Below, piece by piece: positions 56,970 to 64,000 of a DNA stretch of 64,000 nt. The notes under the pieces were generated by a model. That model was not told the origin of the DNA and did not search any database. It saw nothing but the letters and a program-made list of their open reading frames with translations. How positions within the stretch are numbered: position 1 is the first letter of the stretch; each line of letters begins with the position of its first letter. The DNA is taken from positions 868,001 to 932,000 of the forward strand of contig NC_043018.1 of the NCBI RefSeq assembly GCF_006345805.1, in the 5' to 3' direction. Position numbers and translations under genes: made by a program. This DNA is from Octopus sinensis. Its lineage: Eukaryota.

Positions 56970-57018
56970 TATTCATTGGGACGTTAAAGCTAAAACTACC
57001 TCCATTAATGTACAGGCA
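56726..57018. repeat. Nested inverted repeats around (AT)n
   Basis: 56729-56768 pairs with 56977-57016 (1 mismatch); 56775-56803 pairs with 56899-56927 (1 mismatch); inner ATGAATATGAAT/ATTCATATTCAT. Confidence 0.85.
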
Positions 57019-57263
57019 CGAAAAATAGATAGATAGATACATAAATACATACATAAATATATAGATAGATAGATAGATAAAATCTTAGTGATTCTATGAT
57101 AAAATTTGAATAATTGGATCAATTAATATATGTGATGTGACAAAGGAATAGAGAGAGAATACGGATATTTTTACTATTAGGTCTCAAGAATATATAAAGA
57201 AATAATACCTTGGGACCAAATAATAGTTATTATTTGCAGTGTTGTTTAATGTAGTTGTTTGTG

Positions 57264-57650
57264 ATGATGGTGATGATGATGATGATGACGATGGTGGAGG
57301 ATGTGGCGATGATGATGATGATGATGATGAACACGACGACGACGATATTGATATTACTGACGATGATGGTGTTGATGATGATGACAACGATGATGACGAT
57401 ATTGATATTGATGATGATGATGTTGATATTGATGATGATGATGATGATGATGATGATGACGATGTTGGTATTATTAATGATAATGATGATGATGTGATGA
57501 TGTCGATGACGAAGACGATCATGATGATGTTATTGTTGATGGTGATGGTGTTGATGATGATGATGATGATAATGATGACAACGTTGATGACGATGTTGAT
57601 ATAGTAGAAGATGATGTTGATAACGACGACGACGACGATACTGATGACTA
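57264..57650. repeat. Degenerate (GAT)n triplet repeat
   Basis: Direct reading; produces poly-D/M/S ORFs in several frames. Confidence 0.9.
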
Positions 57651-58278
57651 CAAGTCAAAAGATACTCATCCAGTGATTACAATATCTAGGTTCTACTACA
57701 AACATATAAATACATTTGGGCATGCGATTATTATATTTATCATTTTTCCCCTTCAAAATATACCGAAGAAAATCCCCCCAAAATTTAATAATACTATATG
57801 TTTTAATTTTTTTCAAAATATATTTGTAGCTTACAAAATATAATTTCTCTTCGTAAATTACAGTCATGTAAAACTATGAAAATAACTGTGCATTTTCATC
57901 CATTTATTTTTTTGTTTTATTTAATTTTAATCTCATCACATTTAATTTATTGTATATTGTCATCTTTATTTATACTGCAAAATTTATTTCTCTTTTGTAA
58001 AAAGTCATTCTTTTTTTGAACTACATATTGATTTCTTGTTACAAATTTAATATTAATTCCTATCAACCAGAAACACCACTAGAATCCAACTTATCCATTT
58101 CCACGCGTACAAAGCATATTCTGACACACAAAATATGTACACAGACATACACACACACACACATGTGCACGCACCCAAACATATGTACATATGTATATAC
58201 ATAAATATTCATGTATAAACATGTTTATATACATATACATATAAATCTATCTACACATATGTACACGGGATATATCTT

Positions 58279-58310
<32 letters not shown>

Positions 58311-58505
58311 TATATTTATATACATATTATGCATACATATATACACGAATATTTGTGTATGTGTATGCAATTATATTATGCATGTGTGAGTGTATGAACT
58401 TAAAATTGTAGAAAATAAATAAATAAATATATATAAATACATCCATACACACACATATATATATACATACATCTATAGATATATATGCATGTATATATTG
58501 GCATA

Positions 58506-58549
<44 letters not shown>

Positions 58550-59358
58550 TGTACATCTAGATATATATATGTATATATACATCTATATATATATTTATAT
58601 ATATATCAGACTAGGTATATTGAAATATTTAAAACATATATATGTATATGCATACGCGCGTATATATTTTTACAATTATATATAAATGTTATATTAAAAA
58701 TATATGTACACACACATTTATTCATACAATATATCCGCGACTGTGTGCCGTTGTTTCTATAATTATATACACCCGTCTAATGGTTTATATCGAGTGAAAT
58801 ATATGGATATTGTTCTTTTGATTTCTCCTTCGTCATTTTGTGTTCTGTCAAATTGAGGTTCTATAAAACAAAAGTATGGTCACATATATTGCTGCGGGAA
58901 ATAATTAATCAGAAATATAATTACAAGGAACAACTATATCGATTATTCAAATATACTGCGTTATCATTGCTGAACTCTGATACACTTAAAGAGAGTAATT
59001 TTGTGTCCTTCTGTGTATTTTTATTTCCAAATATGTATCTGACTCTGTAATCTCATAGAGAGGTGGGTCATTTTCTGGTTGTTGATCACTCTCTTCCTCC
59101 CTACAACCTAGTGTTCAGAGCACATACCGGCCCTTCGTCGGTCACGACGACGTGTTTCAGCTGATCCGGTCAATGAAAAAGCATGCTTGTGACATCAGCA
59201 TACAAGTGGGTGACCACGCCACAGAAAAGCATCTTAAAGAAGATCTCATGGAGATTCAGTGTGACACTTAATGCAACATGGTTGATAACTTCAATTAATA
59301 GTGCAATACGATTTCCACAGTTGAGTGTATTCAACAAAGATGCAAGACAGAATCTTTA

Positions 59359-59769
59359 GAGCTGGCAGAATCGTCAGCACGCCGGTCGAAATGCTTAGCG
59401 GTATTTCGTCTGTCGTTACGTTCTGTGTTCAAATTCCGCCGAGGTCGACTTTGCCTTTCATCCTTTCGGAGTCGATAAATTAGGTACCAGTTACGCACTG
59501 GGGTCGATGTAATCGACTTAATCCGTTTGTCTGTCCTTGTTTGTCCCCTCTGTGTTTAGCCCCTTGTGGGTAATAAAGAAATAGGTATTTCGTCTGTCGT
59601 TACGTTCTGAGTTCAAATTCCGCCGAGGTCGACTTTGCCTTTCATCCTTTCGGGGTCGATAAATTAGGTACCAGTTACGCACTGGGGTCGATGTAATCGA
59701 CTTAATCCGTTTGTCTGTCCTTCTTTGTCCCCTCTGTGTTTATCCCCTTGTGGGTAGTAAAGAAATAGG
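59359..59769 (+). mobile_element. tRNA-derived SINE, family C, with its 3' ~188 bp tandemly duplicated
   Basis: GAGCTGGCAGAATCG head, GTTCAAATTCC B box, GACTTTGCCTTTCATCCTTTCGG(A/G)GTCGATAAA central domain present twice. Confidence 0.9.
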
Positions 59770-60507
59770 CACACGACACAAAAGGCCACCGCGATTTGAA
59801 CTCCAAAATTTCCGATCGTAATGGTTACATTACAAAATACCATTGTTATTAACATCATCCCGCAAGCCTCAGAAAGCCTCGTCAATTTGCGTTTACATCG
59901 AAAATGGAGAACATTATTCCACTATATAATCGGGTTGAAAATTTCCTATTAATTTCTATTAATTTCCATTTCTATTAATTTCCATTTCTATTAATTTCCT
60001 TTCCAATTAATATCCATTTCCTGTCGATATGATTAAGCATTGCAAGTGTTTAGATAATTTTTCGAAGTATTAAAAGTTGGCATTTTTTATTACCGACGGG
60101 GAACTGCGTCTGCGCAGTAGATTTTGAAAAAATTGGGATGTATAAACAGGAGGCACATAGTTGATTGCCTCGTGTTTTATATATTTGATCTAAGGTGTAC
60201 CTGTTGACGAAGATTTCACCTAGCGAATATTATTTATTTGCTAAACTAAAATAAGAAGCTGATTGATCAAGGAAACTGGATGGAAAACGTTTTTAATTTC
60301 TCATTTCATTCCTGTCGGGATTTTATCCCTAATTTTATGGCTATAGAACCTAGCTGTTCTTTCGTGTTGAATCCCACGAGCGGATTCCTTATGTGTTTAA
60401 ATGTACACTGTATTTTATGAGTAATACATAGTCTTTGGACTAAATTTTTACACACTAGACCAATAGAAGTTTAAGTTTCTATTAATGTCTATTTCCCTTC
60501 GATATGA

Positions 60508-60554
<47 letters not shown>

Positions 60555-62295
60555 TATATAATATATATATATACAGAGACAGGGAGATTGAGAAAGATAG
60601 AGAGATAAATGGATAGATAGATACTTAGTCAGATAGATAGATAATGCGGTAGAATTATACGTTAAAAAGACAATGTAAATAGGAGGAAAGGAAAGCAGTT
60701 TAGATGTTATATATTCACTGTTGGTTAACAAATGAATATTAGCAAAAAACGACAACACCTTGATGTATAACCATCATTACATATCCATACACTTGTCATA
60801 CAAACACACTGGCACGGATAATTATACATGCTTGTACGTGTCTGTGTGTCTAACTTTATTTACATATTCATAAACATTTGTATGCATACAGACATACACA
60901 TGTGTGTGCGCGTATGTGCATAAATACATACGTACATATTTATGTGTGTGCGTGTCTATGTGTGGAAATATATATTAATGTAACTTTGCAGAATTTATTG
61001 GCATATAGAATACATCTGTAAATAATCAAATTTTCAGGAAACTAACGCAAGATCCTTTGCATACAAGTAATCATCACTTATGTCTATAAAATTTTCGTGC
61101 GTATGTATGGGTGTTGATGTGAGATAATAAGCCTGTTCGCATAGAATGTTGTACATTGGTTGCTGCGTGTGCATGGACGTGACAATATTTATGGAGATTA
61201 CGTGCAAATCTATTCATGAACTCCCTACGTGTTTGTTTTGCGTGATCATTTGACCCTTTTTGCTGCGACAAACGTACATGTCAATAACTGCAATAACAAG
61301 TTTATATTTACGACTCACATGTGCTTAAACATACAACGGACATATGCTTATACACACAAACGTAAGGCAAACTATTTGTATCTCATTGAGAATCTGTATA
61401 GTTTAGTCAAAACAATTATAAGGTGAACTGATTTTTTTTTTTTTTTGATTGACACTGAATGATTAGTTTTTCATGGAGACCCAGTTTTCGCTAATGCACT
61501 GGGATGAGTCAGCTCAACGGTAATGCGTGTCTTATTTCTGAAGTTTGCTCGCACAGGTTGCCCTCTAGAACAATAACTGGAAGGAGTAGTAATATTCTGA
61601 ATACACTTGCAACTGTTTCATTATGCGATGCATTAATCAACCGTTGAAGTTATAAACTATAACACCTGTAATTTCTCATAATAAACATTCATATTTCGAC
61701 CTTAAAATTTGGTTTAGCTCAAGTTAAATTTTGCTTTAACGCTAACACGTATGTACCCCTTCAGCTGAAGCCTGTGTTAAGGTTACTAAATGCATCCGGA
61801 TCGACTGGAGCCTCTATGGAGATAATTATTTCATTTTTCTGCAGATGTAATACTTGCCTCATTGGAAGTATGGTGATAAATATTTATACATGTGTACTGG
61901 CACACAATCTGACATATAGGACGACACTTGGGCTCGTATATAGCATGTAAGCATCTGCCCCCGAATGGGAAGGTCTGCAATGAGAACTCCTGTTTTGGAA
62001 AATTTGTTGCAATTGATTCCTCTAGTATCATATCTCAATTTTTCGTCCCCAAAATTTATGTAAAATGATCGCTGAAAACAATCGCACTAATGAAAACATA
62101 GGTATTCAAAATTTCAGGATTGCAGATGCGGATTCGGCCAGAAATGCATTTAATTTACTTACGGAGTTGACTCCAGGACATCAGCGTCACTCAGGCCCAT
62201 CACAGGTTTCGCCCCAACTGTTTGTTTTTTTTTTTTTTTTTCACCCAGCGTTATGTCTTTCTCCATTTCAAATTTAAAGGTAAAAATAAAGTAAG

Positions 62296-62676
62296 TGGAT
62301 GGCTGAAAATCTTCATGATCACATAACCGCTAACATTTGGACTCCTAAATCCCCACATATCAATCCATTGGATTATTACATGCGGAGCATTTTTGCGAGA
62401 GACGTCAATGGAGACGCCCGACAATAACACCAAAGATGCTTTGAAAGATGCCATAGCAAGAGTAATGTCCAAAATGAACCAGCACCACTTGATTCAAGCA
62501 TGAAGAGGATTTAGATCTCATAGAGAAGCGGTTGTTGAAGCTAAAGGTGGCTTTATTGAATAAGATTACAGAAAATGTTTATTTTAATGCTCTTAGCATT
62601 TGTAATAAATAAAGTTGTCTGTCATAATACATTTTTTATAAGCATAAATCTGTCCTCAAATACCTTACCCACCCTG
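62296..62676 (+). mobile_element. Tc1/mariner transposon 3' remnant
   Basis: WMAENLHDHITANIWTPKSPHINPLDYY (WPxxSPDLNPLD-like)...FRSHREAVVEAKGGFIE*; terminus CCACCCTG|TA. Confidence 0.8.
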
Positions 62677-62775
62677 TATACATCTCTTTATGGATGTATA
62701 TAATAATGTATCTATTTGTTTCTTCCTATCGCTCACTGCCTCTCTGCTTCTGTCTCTCTTCCACTCGCTCTTATG

Positions 62776-62833
<58 letters not shown>

Positions 62834-62844
62834 TATATAAAGTT

Positions 62845-63030
62845 AATCCAAACGTGAAAACACAAGGAGAGAACACAACAACGCGATTACGTGGAACAAC
62901 TATAGTATTATTGGACGCTCAGGAAAGAAGGAGGGTTTAACGTTACGAGCGGAGCTCTTCGTCACAAACATAGGAAAAGGAAAGATCCAAAGAGGGGAAG
63001 ACGGAGGAAACAAATCGCCAACGGTACACA
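62845..63030 (-). mobile_element. Penelope-like pLTR fragment with decayed hammerhead (62935-62969)
   Basis: Minus gttt gTGACGA a gagc tcc gctc GtAAC GTT aaac: stems I and II perfect, two core substitutions. Confidence 0.55.
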
Positions 63031-63037
63031 CATGGTC

Positions 63038-63077
<40 letters not shown>

Positions 63078-63090
63078 TAGATATATATAT

Positions 63091-63164
<74 letters not shown>

Positions 63165-64000
63165 TGATTTTAATTTTCTTTGCTTTCTCCGCTTTCCGTT
63201 TCTTCTTTACACATTTCATCTCGATCCTTGTCTCATACAATAACGCAGAAACGGTTTCTTGCCATTGCTATTCACAATATCTTAATTTTCTTACGTAAGT
63301 ATTATGTAACGTTATTTCCTGATACTTGAAATAGACTTCGGAATATGATTAGGACGTTCCATTTCGGTATCTTCCTGCGCTTGGAATTATATACCAAATA
63401 AATATATGACTAAATATAACCAATAATTTGCACATTGGTCAACTGCCGCCTACTTTTTTAACTTCTATCAATATCTTTTCCCTTTTCTCTTTTCTTTCAA
63501 AGCGGCGAATGAATTAAATATATTAATAGCTCTTACCCTCACGCATGTATTTGTTTTGTTAACTAGCTAACTGACTAATTAACCAATTGTTTCCTTACTA
63601 TTTTCACATGTTACATGTCACCTGATTAATTTATTATTTCAGTACCTTTATTCTTTCTTCATTTCTTCCTTCACTCTCCTCAACTTATAAGAGGAACATC
63701 GACAAATGGGGTAGATTTTCAAGTCTACAACGGGCAAAAAAAAAAAAAGGAAAAGAAAAGAGAAAAGTAAACGAAAAAGAAGAATATTCTAATCAAACAA
63801 TTTTTAGTAGATATGATGAAATTCTCGTGTAATTTATACATCCTCCAGGGCATGATGTTAATAGCTCGCAAACATATTTCTCATGCATTTTGAGGACTGA
63901 AACTGCAGCAAGTTCAGAATATTTTCTGAGAATATGCACTTTGAAATCTTTTTCAAAATTGCAGCCGTTTGAAGAAAAGTTTTCAGTAATTTCTGTCGAT

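Noticed and set aside
48400-60015. Short local tandem duplications (18-mer x3 at ~48402, ~57-bp pair at 49141/49297, 15-mer x3 at ~56030, 16-mer array at ~59950)
   Set aside because: Ordinary slippage products with no further structure.

Overview
Very AT-rich, microsatellite-saturated eukaryotic DNA. The SINE families and repeat landscape look like an octopus/cephalopod genome (inference from recognising the repeats, not from a search). No complete protein-coding gene can be supported, and almost all ORFs in the track are artefacts of (AT)n, (TG)n, (TAA)n or (GAT)n repeats, or shadows of transposons. The mobile content comprises two R4/Dong-type RLE retroelement remnants abutting (TAA)n, an L1/Tx1 RT remnant, RTE 3' ends, pogo and Tc1/mariner remnants, three non-autonomous Helitrons, a TTAA piggyBac-type MITE and many tRNA-derived SINEs. 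The best gene evidence is a two-exon minus-strand fragment (51068-50577, 79-nt GT-AG intron) that by eye resembles a divergent iGluR/IR S2 ligand-binding lobe. The most notable signal, found by reading for CUGANGA...GAAA...NUH, is a set of minimal type-I hammerhead ribozyme (HHR) motifs. Six have intact catalytic cores (4885-4921, 5849-5926, 6178-6255, 18961-19008, 33914-33959, 56614-56675) and two are decayed (39960-40006, 62935-62969). Their stem III is self-complementary (dimer-type), and several sit in or beside long inverted repeats, as expected for Penelope-like pLTR or retrozyme relics. One HHR-tail family appears joined to a Pol III tRNA-like head. All folds and alignments were done by eye.
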